DNA from: an uncultured Actinomycetes bacterium
GTDB lineage: Bacteria > Actinomycetota > Thermoleophilia > Solirubrobacterales > Solirubrobacteraceae
Length of the DNA: 64,000 bases
NCBI GenBank assembly: GCA_963730835.1
Contig: CAVSTE010000005.1
Location: 141,522 to 205,521 of the forward strand
Reading direction: 5' to 3'
Positions 52,226-61,708 of this stretch are shown in pieces. How positions within the stretch are numbered: position 1 is the stretch's first letter; each line of letters begins with the position of its first letter. A program made the translations under genes and the position numbers. The notes beneath the pieces are model-generated. The model had not been told where the DNA came from and did not search any database. It saw only the letters and a program-made list of their open reading frames with translations.

Positions 52226-53599
52226 TCAGGGCGCGGCCAGCAGCGTCTCGAGCGGTGTCCCTCGGGCCTGCTCGTGCAGGAACGACTCGTTGCTCGTGTT
52301 CTCCAGCAGACGCCTCACCAGGTAGGCCATGCCGGCTACCAGGTCACCGACCGGACAGTAGGTCCGCACGCGAAAGCCGCGGCTTGCCAATGCGTCCTGC
52401 AGCTCGTCGCCCAGCCCCCGCAGGACCTGGAGCTCGAGCTCCGAATCGGGCGCCCCGAGCAGTCGGTTGACCGCGATCGCATGCGACACCGAGCGTAGGT
52501 TGTGGGAGGCCACGGCGACCCGCACCTTGGGCCGGGCGCCTAGCAGCCGGCGGGTCAGCACCTCAAAGTTGCGATCGCAGTCGGCCTTCACTTCGTAGAC
52601 GGGCGTCGGCCAACCCTGCTGGCGAGCCTGCGCCAGCTCGTGGTCCCAATAGGCGCCCTTGACCAACCTGACCTGAAGCGGCGCGGTCCGGACACTCGCG
52701 TCCACCCAGGCCAGAAGCTGGTCCAGGGTGTCACTGGAGTCGCGCAGATAGGCCTGCAAGACGACCCCGGCTGACGGACCGTCCACGAACTCGGGCTCGG
52801 AGAGCAGCTCCAGCACCAGTTCGAGCACCACCTCCCGAGAATCCAGCGACTCCATGTCGATGTGGATGTGCGCTCGCTCGCGCTTCGCCGCCTGCAGCAG
52901 GGGGCGCAGTCGACGGGCGGCGTCATCCCGGCCGAGCTCCGGCGCGTCGGGGCGCAGCAGCGGCGTCAGCGCCGATACCTTGACGGACAAATTCGCGCGT
53001 GGCAGCGTGCCGCTGCCATCGCGCTCTGACTTAGGGCGGGCGGGCCACCGACGGGCCTCCCGTGCGAGGGTCCGCAGCGCGTCCGTGCAGCGGCGAGCGT
53101 AGGCATCCGCCTCATCTGCGGTCACGGTGGCCTCACCGAGGAGATCGACCGAGCTTGCGATGCCCCGACGCCAGAGCGCTCTCAGCACGCCAAGTGCACC
53201 CTCGGGGGTCTGTCCGACGATGAACCGGTGCGCCAGGTGCCTGACGCCTCCTGCAGCAGCGGCGCCGAGGGCCGCTCGTCCGGCCTTGGTGTGTGAGACG
53301 CGCATCGCGGCCGCGATCGGCGGCGGGCGCTCCGGTAGCTCATCGAGGAAGCTGGCCAGATGTCGGGCCAAGTCGTCCAGCGACCGGCAGGCCGGCACCA
53401 CGTCGACGAACCTGAACAGCGCGGCGCGGAGCTCGCGGTCGCTCGATGCCAGCTCCATGGCGCGCGTGTCGAACGTGCGCATCGGGTGCAGAGCAGCGGA
53501 GGGGAAGGCGGCCGAAAGTTCCGAGCCGATCTGCCAGATCTGTGCCTCGATGGTGCCTTGGGAGGGTTCCGGAGCCCTATGGCCGTCGGAAGGTGACAC
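52226..53599 (-). CDS. Proline dehydrogenase, PutA N-terminal half
   Basis: LFRFVDV, DLLGEA, SVKVS, DME, RLVKGAYW, ASHN, YLVRRLLENTSN. Confidence 0.92.
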   Translation of the reverse strand: MSPSDGHRAPEPSQGTIEAQIWQIGSELSAAFPSAALHPMRTFDTRAMELASSDRELRAALFRFVDVVPACRSLDDLARHLASFLDELPERPPPIAAAMRVSHTKAGRAALGAAAAGGVRHLAHRFIVGQTPEGALGVLRALWRRGIASSVDLLGEATVTADEADAYARRCTDALRTLAREARRWPARPKSERDGSGTLPRANLSVKVSALTPLLRPDAPELGRDDAARRLRPLLQAAKRERAHIHIDMESLDSREVVLELVLELLSEPEFVDGPSAGVVLQAYLRDSSDTLDQLLAWVDASVRTAPLQVRLVKGAYWDHELAQARQQGWPTPVYEVKADCDRNFEVLTRRLLGARPKVRVAVASHNLRSVSHAIAVNRLLGAPDSELELQVLRGLGDELQDALASRGFRVRTYCPVGDLVAGMAYLVRRLLENTSNESFLHEQARGTPLETLLAAP

Positions 53600-53602
53600 C
53601 CC

Positions 53603-54469
53603 TCACCCCGAGGCTGGGGTCGCCATCGCCGCCTGCGGAGCGGGTGGCGTAGCGCGCTCGATCGCTTCCCAGCCCATGTCCTTATCGCGCGCCGCGCGGT
53701 CCGCCGCGCCCCCGCCGCGGAGTCCGAACAGCCGCTTGGCAAGCAGCAGATAGACGACCACGGCCAGGTTGATGATGAAGCCGATCACCTTGGTCGCCGT
53801 GGGCTTGTGTGCGATCTCGTACACCTCGAGAGGAAGGAAGATGGCTGTGGCCAGGAACGTCAGGTACTCGGCCCAGCGCTTGGTCAGCCATAGGCCGACG
53901 GCCTCGACCCCCTCGAGTGCGGCGTACGCCAGCAGGGCGATGCCCAGCTCGACCAGCGTTCCCGAGCGCAGCGAGAACAGCTTGTCCAGATCGTGCACGA
54001 ATCCGACGTGGCCCGAGGCCTGCACCGGGCCTCCGCCCACCCCTCCCTGGAGCGCAGCGAGCACGCGGTAGAAGTCGTGGCGAAGGACCGTGCGGTGGGC
54101 GGCGAACAGCAGGACAGCCACGCCGAGGAGACCGAGCACGAGGAAGTGCAGCCCGCGCTCGATGGCGATCGCGCGCAGTACCACCTTGTCTCGTAGCGCT
54201 TTGCCCCGCAGGGGCACCTCGATCTGGGAAGGGTCGGGAAGGTAGCGCCGTGGCGCGGATTGCGGTGGCGAGAGGGGCAGCCAGCTGTCGCAGCGAAGGC
54301 AGCGGCACCAGCGCAAGCCATCGAACTCTCGCGCCAGGACGTGGTCCTGTGGCCGGAGCTCGGCGACGCCGGCGCCGGGGAGCGCGTGACCTGTGAACCC
54401 GCAGGCCACGAGCTCCCAGTCGATCCTCCGGCGGGGGCGCGGCCTGTCCGTGCCGGGTGGGTGCTGCAT
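53603..54469 (-). CDS. DUF2127-like membrane protein
   Basis: EAVGLW..KRWAEYLT, LPLEVYE, INLAVVVYL; N-terminal CRCLRC. Confidence 0.8.
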   Translation of the reverse strand: MQHPPGTDRPRPRRRIDWELVACGFTGHALPGAGVAELRPQDHVLAREFDGLRWCRCLRCDSWLPLSPPQSAPRRYLPDPSQIEVPLRGKALRDKVVLRAIAIERGLHFLVLGLLGVAVLLFAAHRTVLRHDFYRVLAALQGGVGGGPVQASGHVGFVHDLDKLFSLRSGTLVELGIALLAYAALEGVEAVGLWLTKRWAEYLTFLATAIFLPLEVYEIAHKPTATKVIGFIINLAVVVYLLLAKRLFGLRGGGAADRAARDKDMGWEAIERATPPAPQAAMATPASG

Positions 54470-55188
54470 CAGCTGAGAATGTTGACGGCCCGGGAAACGA
54501 CGAGCGCGACGATCAGCAGCGCAGTCAGGGATTGGACGGTCATCAGCAGCTTGGCGGTCTGCGATAGCGGCATGGTGTCGGTCGGGCTGAACGCCGTCGC
54601 GGTGGTGAAGGAGAGCCACAGGTAGTCGATCAGGCCCGGTGACCAATCTGGGCGCGTGAACGGTTTGGCGTCACCCATCTGCGAGAAGAGGAAGTCAGCT
54701 CGCCGCTCCGAGCCCGGCTCGGCTCGGGTCTGCGGGCCGCCCCGATCGAGCTCCCAGTACCAGAGCGCGAACAGGAGCACGTTGGTGATCCAAAGTGCCA
54801 CGCCGGAGAAGATCAGCGGCCTCCCACTGGTGGGGTGGCCGTGCAGCAGATAGCGGCACAGCTCGACGAGCGAGAAGATGTTGACGGCGCTGACTAGGCC
54901 AATCAGGCCCATCGCGACATTCCGCCTGAACCTCGAATGGCGAACGCGCGGGTGGGGCGAGATCGCCAGAAGGACGACAAGCAGCAGACCCTCTATCGAC
55001 GGCAGCAGCCACGTCGGTCCAAGCGTCAGCTTGTCGGGCAGGAAGAGATCGAGGACGATCGCGCCGACGACCAGAAGCTGCGGGCCCCATAACGGATCGA
55101 GCTTCGAAAGAAACGACTCAAGCGGGCGTACGTACTGCTCAGGGTCGTATCCGGCGGCGTCCTGGTTTGGCGGGCTGGGTTCCGGCAT
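54469..55188 (-). CDS. DUF1345-like membrane protein
   Basis: WYWELDRGGP, DYLWLSFTTATAFSPTD, SRAVNIL. Confidence 0.8.
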   Translation of the reverse strand: MPEPSPPNQDAAGYDPEQYVRPLESFLSKLDPLWGPQLLVVGAIVLDLFLPDKLTLGPTWLLPSIEGLLLVVLLAISPHPRVRHSRFRRNVAMGLIGLVSAVNIFSLVELCRYLLHGHPTSGRPLIFSGVALWITNVLLFALWYWELDRGGPQTRAEPGSERRADFLFSQMGDAKPFTRPDWSPGLIDYLWLSFTTATAFSPTDTMPLSQTAKLLMTVQSLTALLIVALVVSRAVNILS

Positions 55189-55285
55189 GGCCCCTGGGAT
55201 ACTCGCATGGGCATGCACCGCCCGGAGCGCATCGGGTCGCACCGCCGGAGAAGGAACTGAGCCCGCGGTGGCCAAAACACCCCAG

Positions 55286-55900
55286 ATGCGAATCGCACTT
55301 CTGACCATTGCGGCAGTGCTCACGCTGGCGGCCTGCGGCGGCAGCTCCAAGCCCGCCTCAACGACGTCGGCCACAAGCCCAGGGTCCAGCACCACCACCG
55401 CCGGGCAAAGCACGACCCCCCAGACCAAGACCACGCCGCCTGCCACCACAACTTCGAGCGCAACGGCTGCGGGCCTCTGCCGGGCACCGGGGCTCTCGCT
55501 GTCGTTTCTCGGTGGCCAGGGCGCGACCGGTCACGGCTTGCTGGGCTTCGAGCTACGCAACGTGAGCCCGCGCACCTGCCACACCTTCGGCTTCCCCGGC
55601 GTGCAGTTCCTCGACAGCACCGGGCGGCCGTTACCCACCGTCTCCACGCGAACCACCCAGGACTTCTTCGGCAGCGCGCCGGAGCGTGCGCTCGCGGTGG
55701 CACCCGGACAGAGCGTCTCGTTCCGCATCGGCGTGACGCACGGCATCACGTCGACCGCCGGCTGCACCACGGCGGCGGCGGTCTCGGTGATCCCGCCGAA
55801 CGACACCGAGTCGCTTCATGTCACGATCTCCCAGGGGGCCTACGAGTGCCGGACGGCGACCGTGACGCCAGTACAGCCGGGAGGCTCTGCCTATCCCTGA
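55286..55900 (+). CDS. DUF4232-like lipoprotein
   Basis: Lipobox LAAC; Ser/Thr linker; C..GFPGV, VIPPN. Confidence 0.8.
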   Translation: MRIALLTIAAVLTLAACGGSSKPASTTSATSPGSSTTTAGQSTTPQTKTTPPATTTSSATAAGLCRAPGLSLSFLGGQGATGHGLLGFELRNVSPRTCHTFGFPGVQFLDSTGRPLPTVSTRTTQDFFGSAPERALAVAPGQSVSFRIGVTHGITSTAGCTTAAAVSVIPPNDTESLHVTISQGAYECRTATVTPVQPGGSAYP

Positions 55901-55911
55901 GGTGGCTCCCC

Positions 55912-56937
55912 CTAGCGCGGCGCGGGCACCTCGCTGAGTGCTTCGAAGCGACTGACGCCGCCCTCGTCGTGGCGCCTCACGAGGCCTTTCTCCGACAGCA
56001 GATCGAGGTGTCCCAGCACCTCCGAGATCGTCAGGTAGGCCTGTGTGACCGCCACGTTGCCCCACAGTTCGAGCGCCAGCTCGTAGGCGGTCATCGGCCG
56101 GTCATGAAGCAGGCGGTGGAGCTTGTGCGCCCGGCGAGCGTGCATCCGAAGCCGCTCGTCGATCAGCGCGGCGTGGTCGGTGATCGGCTCGCCGTGTCCC
56201 GTCAGCACCAGCGACGCCGGTAGCTCGCGGGTCGCCCGCATCGAGTGCATGTACGAAAGCAGTGCGTGCGGTTCGCCGGCATCGTCGCAACCGGGCAGAG
56301 GCCTCGAGATCATCGCGTTTGAGGAGATGTGCGCCAACAGATGATCTGCGGCCAGCAGGATGCCGCGCTGCTCGTCCCAGAAGACCGTGTCGGAGGGACT
56401 GTGACCAGGTCGATGCAGGACCGAGAGCTCGCGGTCGCGCAACTCGAGCCGATCGCCATCGCGCAGCGGCCGCGTCACACGGCCGGAGGAGCCGAAGGCG
56501 CGAAACGCGGCACCGACCGCCCCCAGCACGGTTACCAGGTCGCCGGGGATTCCGTGGCGGCGCATCACCTCGTCCGCGAAGGCGTCGTCGGCGGTCATGC
56601 TCGCCGAAAAGTTCTCCAGGTAGGGCGCGAGACGATGAAAGGCCGCCACCTCAGCTCCTGAGCGCCGAGCGAGGATCTCCAGCAGCCCCAAGTGGTCCAT
56701 GTGCTGATGGCTGACGACGATCAGCTCCAGATCCTCCACGCGATAGCCGTGGGCGCCGATGGCCCGCTCAAGCTCGTCCAGCGATTTCCCGGAGTTCGGC
56801 CCGGTGTCCACCAGCGTCAGCGGCTCGTCGTCGATCAGGTAGCAGTTGACGCGCCCAACGAGGAAGGGCGTGGGGATCGCCAGGCGGTGTATGCCGGCGC
56901 GGGCCGCGCTTGCGAACCCGCCGGCGCCGGCGCTCAC
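55912..56937 (-). CDS. MBL-fold metallo-hydrolase
   Basis: SHQHMDH, PGHS, ADH, TGHG; GTG overlaps the upstream stop. Confidence 0.9.
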   Translation of the reverse strand: MSAGAGGFASAARAGIHRLAIPTPFLVGRVNCYLIDDEPLTLVDTGPNSGKSLDELERAIGAHGYRVEDLELIVVSHQHMDHLGLLEILARRSGAEVAAFHRLAPYLENFSASMTADDAFADEVMRRHGIPGDLVTVLGAVGAAFRAFGSSGRVTRPLRDGDRLELRDRELSVLHRPGHSPSDTVFWDEQRGILLAADHLLAHISSNAMISRPLPGCDDAGEPHALLSYMHSMRATRELPASLVLTGHGEPITDHAALIDERLRMHARRAHKLHRLLHDRPMTAYELALELWGNVAVTQAYLTISEVLGHLDLLSEKGLVRRHDEGGVSRFEALSEVPAPR

Positions 56938-58301
56938 GAGCGGATCACTTCGAGGACCTCGTCGCGGCGGCGCTCCATGTCCTCGCGTGAGCGCAGTGAC
57001 TCCAGGCACAGGCGGAGCAGCGGCTCGGTGTTCGAAGGCCGTACGTTGAAGTGCCAGTCGTCGTAATCGACCGACAGGCCGTCGAGCTGCTGCTGGCGAG
57101 CGTCGGAGTAGCGCTCCGCGAGCTCCTCGATCTTCCCGTCCTGGTCGGAGACCTCCGAGTTGATCTCCCCCGAGATGAAGTACCGGGAGCGGTACGGCTC
57201 GAGCAGGTCGGACATGCGTGCCGATCGGACGGAGAGCAGTTCCAGCACGAGCAATGCCGGGATGGTGCCCGAGTCGGCGCAGTAGAAGTCTCGGAAGTAG
57301 TAGTGGCCGGAGACCTCGCCACCGAACACGGCGTCCTCCTCGCGCATCCGGGTTTTGAAGAAGGCATGACCGACGCGGTTCATCAGCGCCCGGCCGCCGT
57401 CCCGCTCCACGACGTCAGCCACGGCCCGGCTGGCGCGCACGTCGTAGAGGATCGTCGCCTCCGGGTATCGGCTGAGCATCGACTCGGCCAGCAGCGCCGT
57501 GAGGAAGTCGCCGTCGACGAACTGGCCGGTGTCATCGATGAAGAAGCACCGGTCCCCGTCGCCGTCCCAAGCGATTCCCAGATCGGCGCGCTGCTCGACC
57601 ACCTGCTGCATGATGAAACGGCGGTTCTCGGGCAGCATCGGGTTGGGCTCGTGGTCGGGGAAGTTGCCATCCGGCGTCCAGTAGGCCGTGACGGGTTCGA
57701 GCCCCAGCTGCTCGAACAGTGGACCGACCATCGGACCGGCCATGCCGTTGCCACCGTCGACGACGAGCCGGAGCGGCTTGACCGCCCCGGGATCGATGAG
57801 CTTCAGCATCGCCCGGTGAAACTCGTCATAGAGCGAGACCTCCTCCACCCGCCCTCCGCCCGGTGGTTCGCCCAGGCCGGCCTCGATCGCTTGCCGCACG
57901 CGGTCGATTCCCGCCTCGCCCGAGAGGGCGATCGCCCCGCGCCTGACAAGCTTGGCCCCGGTGTACTGCTTCGGGTTGTGCGATGCGGTGCACATCAGGC
58001 CGCCGTCCAGCTGGCGCGAGCCGACCAGGTAGTAGAGCATCTCGGTCCCGATCAGTCCGGCGTCATAGACGGTTGCGCCCTCCAGGCACATGCCCTCGCG
58101 ATAGGCCACGGCGAGCTCCGGAGCCTCGAGCCGCATGTCACGGCCCAGCCCGATGCGGAGCTCGGAGGTCGGCTTGTCCTCGAGCTCGGCCAGGATGCGG
58201 CAAAAGGCCCGCGCTATCTGCCCCGCGGCCTGTCCGTCGATATCCCTGCCGTAGAGGCCGCGGACGTCATAGGCCTTGAAGATCTCGGGCGGCAAAGCCA
58301 T
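56934..58301 (-). CDS. Phosphomannomutase/phosphoglucomutase
   Basis: FKAYDVRG, TASHNP, DGDGDR, GGEVSGH, VRPSNTEP. Confidence 0.93.
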   Translation of the reverse strand: MALPPEIFKAYDVRGLYGRDIDGQAAGQIARAFCRILAELEDKPTSELRIGLGRDMRLEAPELAVAYREGMCLEGATVYDAGLIGTEMLYYLVGSRQLDGGLMCTASHNPKQYTGAKLVRRGAIALSGEAGIDRVRQAIEAGLGEPPGGGRVEEVSLYDEFHRAMLKLIDPGAVKPLRLVVDGGNGMAGPMVGPLFEQLGLEPVTAYWTPDGNFPDHEPNPMLPENRRFIMQQVVEQRADLGIAWDGDGDRCFFIDDTGQFVDGDFLTALLAESMLSRYPEATILYDVRASRAVADVVERDGGRALMNRVGHAFFKTRMREEDAVFGGEVSGHYYFRDFYCADSGTIPALLVLELLSVRSARMSDLLEPYRSRYFISGEINSEVSDQDGKIEELAERYSDARQQQLDGLSVDYDDWHFNVRPSNTEPLLRLCLESLRSREDMERRRDEVLEVIRS

Positions 58302-58335
58302 CGGGGCCGGGATGCTAGCCATCCCGGCCCCGATG
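58299..58335. promoter_or_regulatory. Perfect 16-bp inverted repeat overlapping the phosphomannomutase start codon
   Basis: CATCGGGGCCGGGATG-CTAGC-CATCCCGGCCCCGATG. Confidence 0.6.
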
Positions 58336-58377
58336 CAGGAATCGGAGCGCTGAGACTGAGGGCGCCCGCGGCGCGCG

Positions 58378-58848
58378 TCAGCTACGCGGGGTGCGCGCTA
58401 TGACCCAGGTCCGCGTCGGGGTGCTCACGACCTCGACCCGCTGCCCGGTCGCGAGCTGCCCGAGCGACGCCTTGCGTCCGTTGTCGCGCACGCGGGCTCC
58501 GGCGGGGATGGTCAGCGTGACGTTCTTGTACACGGCCTTCTTGGTCCGTTCCGTGATCGTCAGCTGGTTGCCGGACGGGGTCGACTGGACCACGCCGCGG
58601 TTGAACGTGAGCGTGACGAATCCCGCTTTGGTGGGCACCACCAGATCACCTTGCACGGCGCCGGCCAGAATCCGCCTGACGCGACCGGCTCGGCGCTGGT
58701 GGGTACCGGTCACGCCCGCGGCAGTCGTGCTGGCGCTGGGGGCCCGGGTCGCTGCGCCGGCGCTGGTGATAGCGCTGACGCCGGCCCCGAGCGCCACGCA
58801 CGCCGCCGCAAGCGCGACCAGCCTGTAATGGCGTTTGATCAATTCCAT
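58378..58848 (-). CDS. Secreted hypothetical protein
   Basis: Signal peptide; beta-rich C-terminus; divergent from the two-component operon. Confidence 0.75.
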   Translation of the reverse strand: MELIKRHYRLVALAAACVALGAGVSAITSAGAATRAPSASTTAAGVTGTHQRRAGRVRRILAGAVQGDLVVPTKAGFVTLTFNRGVVQSTPSGNQLTITERTKKAVYKNVTLTIPAGARVRDNGRKASLGQLATGQRVEVVSTPTRTWVIARTPRS

Positions 58849-58899
58849 TCCTTCAGCCTCCTGGCGTTCGATTTAGGAGCCTGAGGTTGCCCGTGGGCC

Positions 58900-58937
58900 G
58901 CAAGCAGCCGGTAAGCCCAAGGTCAGCTGCGTGTAAA
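58900..58937. promoter_or_regulatory. Four direct pentamer repeats at 11-bp spacing (putative OmpR-family binding site)
   Basis: GCAAG 58900, GTAAG 58911, GTCAG 58922, GTAAA 58933. Confidence 0.55.
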
Positions 58938-58977
58938 ACCGGCCGGCTTGCGGGGGATTGGCACCTACGATGTCGGC

Positions 58978-59643
58978 ATGAGCGCGCTGGTCATGGTGGT
59001 CGAGGACGAGGCCAACATCGGCGCACTCGTTCGCACTTACCTGGAGCGCGCCGGGTTTCGCACCGTATGGGTCCGCTCGGGGGAGGAGGCACTGGCCGAG
59101 CTGGGGCGGCACCCGGTGAAGCTGATGGTGCTCGACATCGGCTTGCCGGGAATGGACGGGTTCGAGGTCTGCCGGCGGATCGCCGGACGGGTCCCGGTGA
59201 TCATGCTGACCGCGCGCGACGAGTTGCCCGATCGCGTCGCAGGGCTCGAGCTCGGCGCCGATGACTACATAGTCAAGCCGTTCTCACCGCGCGAGCTGGC
59301 GGCGCGCGCCAAGGCGGTGCTCCGACGCGCCAGTGTCGGGACCGGGGCCGACGGCGTCATCGAGCTGGGGCCGTTGACGATCGCACCTGGCCCGCGGGAG
59401 GTACACGTGGATGGCCGGGAGGTCGAGCTCACCCAGCGCGAGTTCGATCTGATCGAGTACTTGGCCCGCCACGCCGGCCAGGTCGTGACCCGTGACCAGT
59501 TGCTGGAGTCCGTGTGGGGGTTCGTGTCGCCGGGCGAGACCCGTACCGTGGAGGTGCACGTGGCGCAGCTGCGTAAGAAGCTCGGAAATCCGCACCTGAT
59601 CAGGACGGTGCGGGGCCTCGGCTACAAGGCGGCCGCCCGATGA
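58978..59643 (+). CDS. OmpR/PhoB family response regulator
   Basis: VEDE, LDIGLPGMDG, GADDYIVKPFS, winged helix IRTVRGLGY. Confidence 0.95.
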   Translation: MSALVMVVEDEANIGALVRTYLERAGFRTVWVRSGEEALAELGRHPVKLMVLDIGLPGMDGFEVCRRIAGRVPVIMLTARDELPDRVAGLELGADDYIVKPFSPRELAARAKAVLRRASVGTGADGVIELGPLTIAPGPREVHVDGREVELTQREFDLIEYLARHAGQVVTRDQLLESVWGFVSPGETRTVEVHVAQLRKKLGNPHLIRTVRGLGYKAAAR

Positions 59644-61043
59644 GGCTGCGCCACCGTCTGCTCGGCTACTTCGCGCTGACGGCCATTGCCTGCTGCGCAC
59701 TGACTGTCGGCATCGGGGTCCTACTCGTGCGGCATCAGATCTCCAGCCAGCGGATGAACGCACTGCAGGTCCAGGCCGACGAGCTGGCCGCATTCGGGGG
59801 CGCCCCCGGGGCGCTGGTGCCGGGCCAGCACGTGTACGCCGTCGGCACTGGCAGGGCCCGGCTTCTGCGACCGGCGCGGGCCAGCGCCGTGCTGGCCGCC
59901 ATCCCCGCCACAGGAGACGGTCAAGGCACCGCCACGGTCGCCAAGCGCTCGATTCTGTACGTCGCTCGAACCACGGCGTCGGGGCGGGTGATCGTCGTCC
60001 GCTCGGCGAAGCTCGCGTTTGGTGAGTGGCGCCCATTTTTGGGCAGCCTGGCGCTGGCGGGCGTCGGCGGCATCCTGCTGGCGGCCCTGTTGTCGTTCTT
60101 ACTGGCCCGGCGCCTGGCCCGTCCGATCGGGGAGCTGGGCGCGGCGACTCGGCGGCTGGCCGCCGGCGAGCGCCGGGTCTCGGTTCCCGTGGGCGGCGAG
60201 GATGAGATCGCCGACCTGGGCCGAGCGTTCAACGACATGTCCTCGGAGCTTCAAAGCGCCCGCGAGGCGCACCGCCATTTTCTGGAGTCGGTCAGTCATG
60301 AGCTGCGGACGCCGTTGACGTCGATCCGGGGCTACGCCGAGGCGCTGTCAGAGGATGCCGTGGACCAGGTTGAGGGCGGGCGCATAATCGCCGCAGAGGC
60401 CTCGCGGCTCGAGCGTCTGGTCGCAGATTTGCTCGAGCTGGCCCGCTTTGAGCGGGCGGGCTTCTCGGTCCGCCGCGAGCCGCTCGATCTGCACGAGGTC
60501 GCCCAGCAGGTCGTGCAGCGTCACGCTCCGAGGGCCCGCGAGCTGGCGGTGAAGCTGGAGGTGGAGGGCAGCAGGCCCGCACCTGCAGTGGGAGATTTCG
60601 ACCGGCTGTTACAGGCGGCGTCGAACCTGATCGAGAACGCGCTGCGGCTGACTCCACAAGGGGGGACCGTGACGGTCGAGGCCGCCCCGGGGCGCCTCAT
60701 AGTCAGTGACACGGGCCCCGGTCTGTCGACCGACGACATCCCACATGCCTTCGAGCGGTTCTATCTCCACGATCGCTACAGGTCGGAGCGGCCGGTGGGC
60801 AGCGGGCTGGGTCTGGCGATCGTCAAGGAACTGGTCGTAGCCATGGGGGGAACGGTAGATGCGGCGGCGGGGAGCAGGGGAGGCGCCGGATTCACGCTGA
60901 GGATCCCGACTGATCCTAGACTTGACTCTCATGTCCGGACATTCCAAGTGGAGCTCGATCAAGCACAAGAAAGCGGTGGTGGACGCGCGCAGAGGCCAGC
61001 AGTTCACGAAGCTGGCGCGGGCGATCACGGTGGCCGCCCGTGA
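59640..61043 (+). CDS. HAMP-domain sensor histidine kinase (true stop possibly near 60913)
   Basis: SHELRTPLT, NLIENA, DTGPG, GSGLGLAI. Confidence 0.93.
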   Translation: MRLRHRLLGYFALTAIACCALTVGIGVLLVRHQISSQRMNALQVQADELAAFGGAPGALVPGQHVYAVGTGRARLLRPARASAVLAAIPATGDGQGTATVAKRSILYVARTTASGRVIVVRSAKLAFGEWRPFLGSLALAGVGGILLAALLSFLLARRLARPIGELGAATRRLAAGERRVSVPVGGEDEIADLGRAFNDMSSELQSAREAHRHFLESVSHELRTPLTSIRGYAEALSEDAVDQVEGGRIIAAEASRLERLVADLLELARFERAGFSVRREPLDLHEVAQQVVQRHAPRARELAVKLEVEGSRPAPAVGDFDRLLQAASNLIENALRLTPQGGTVTVEAAPGRLIVSDTGPGLSTDDIPHAFERFYLHDRYRSERPVGSGLGLAIVKELVVAMGGTVDAAAGSRGGAGFTLRIPTDPRLDSHVRTFQVELDQAQESGGGRAQRPAVHEAGAGDHGGRP

Positions 61044-61680
61044 GGGCGGGGGGGACCCCGACGGCAACCCCACGCTCGGCCTCGCAGTGCAGAAAGCGCG
61101 GGACGCCTCCATGCCCAAGGACAACATCGAGCGCGCGATCGCCAAGGGAACCGGCGAGGGAGCCGACACCGATCAGATCCAGACCGTCATCTACGAGGGC
61201 TATGGACCGGGCGGGGTGGCGCTGCTGATCGAGGCCTTGACCGACAACCGCAACCGGGCTGGAGCCGATGTCCGCCATGCGTTCTCGAAGCACGGAGGAA
61301 GCCTGGGGGAGCCTGGATCCGTCTCCTACCTGTTCGATAAACGCGGCGTGATCGTGGTCGACGCCAGTCGATACGACGAGGAGGACCTGATCGCCGCGAT
61401 CGATGCCGGGGCCGAGGACATCGCGCTGGACGAGGACGTCTTCGAGGTCATAACTGCGCCCGGCGACCTCCAGGCCGTCCGCACGGCGCTTGAGGAGAAC
61501 GGGGTCCACCTCGACAGCGCCGACGTGACACAGCGCCCAAAGACCCGCGTCCAGGTGGGCGAAACGGACGCCGGGCGGCTGATGAAGCTGATCGACGCGC
61601 TCGAGGACTCAGACGATGTCAGCGCGGTGCACGCAAACTTCGACGTGGACACCGGCGTGCTGGAGCGCATCGCCTCCTAG
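60931..61680 (+). CDS. YebC/PmpR family protein
   Basis: MSGHSKWSSIKHKK, YEGYGPGG, TDNRNR. Confidence 0.96.
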   Translation: MSGHSKWSSIKHKKAVVDARRGQQFTKLARAITVAAREGGGDPDGNPTLGLAVQKARDASMPKDNIERAIAKGTGEGADTDQIQTVIYEGYGPGGVALLIEALTDNRNRAGADVRHAFSKHGGSLGEPGSVSYLFDKRGVIVVDASRYDEEDLIAAIDAGAEDIALDEDVFEVITAPGDLQAVRTALEENGVHLDSADVTQRPKTRVQVGETDAGRLMKLIDALEDSDDVSAVHANFDVDTGVLERIAS

Positions 61681-61708
61681 ATCCGGCCGCTACGCTGCCA
61701 CGCTCCAT

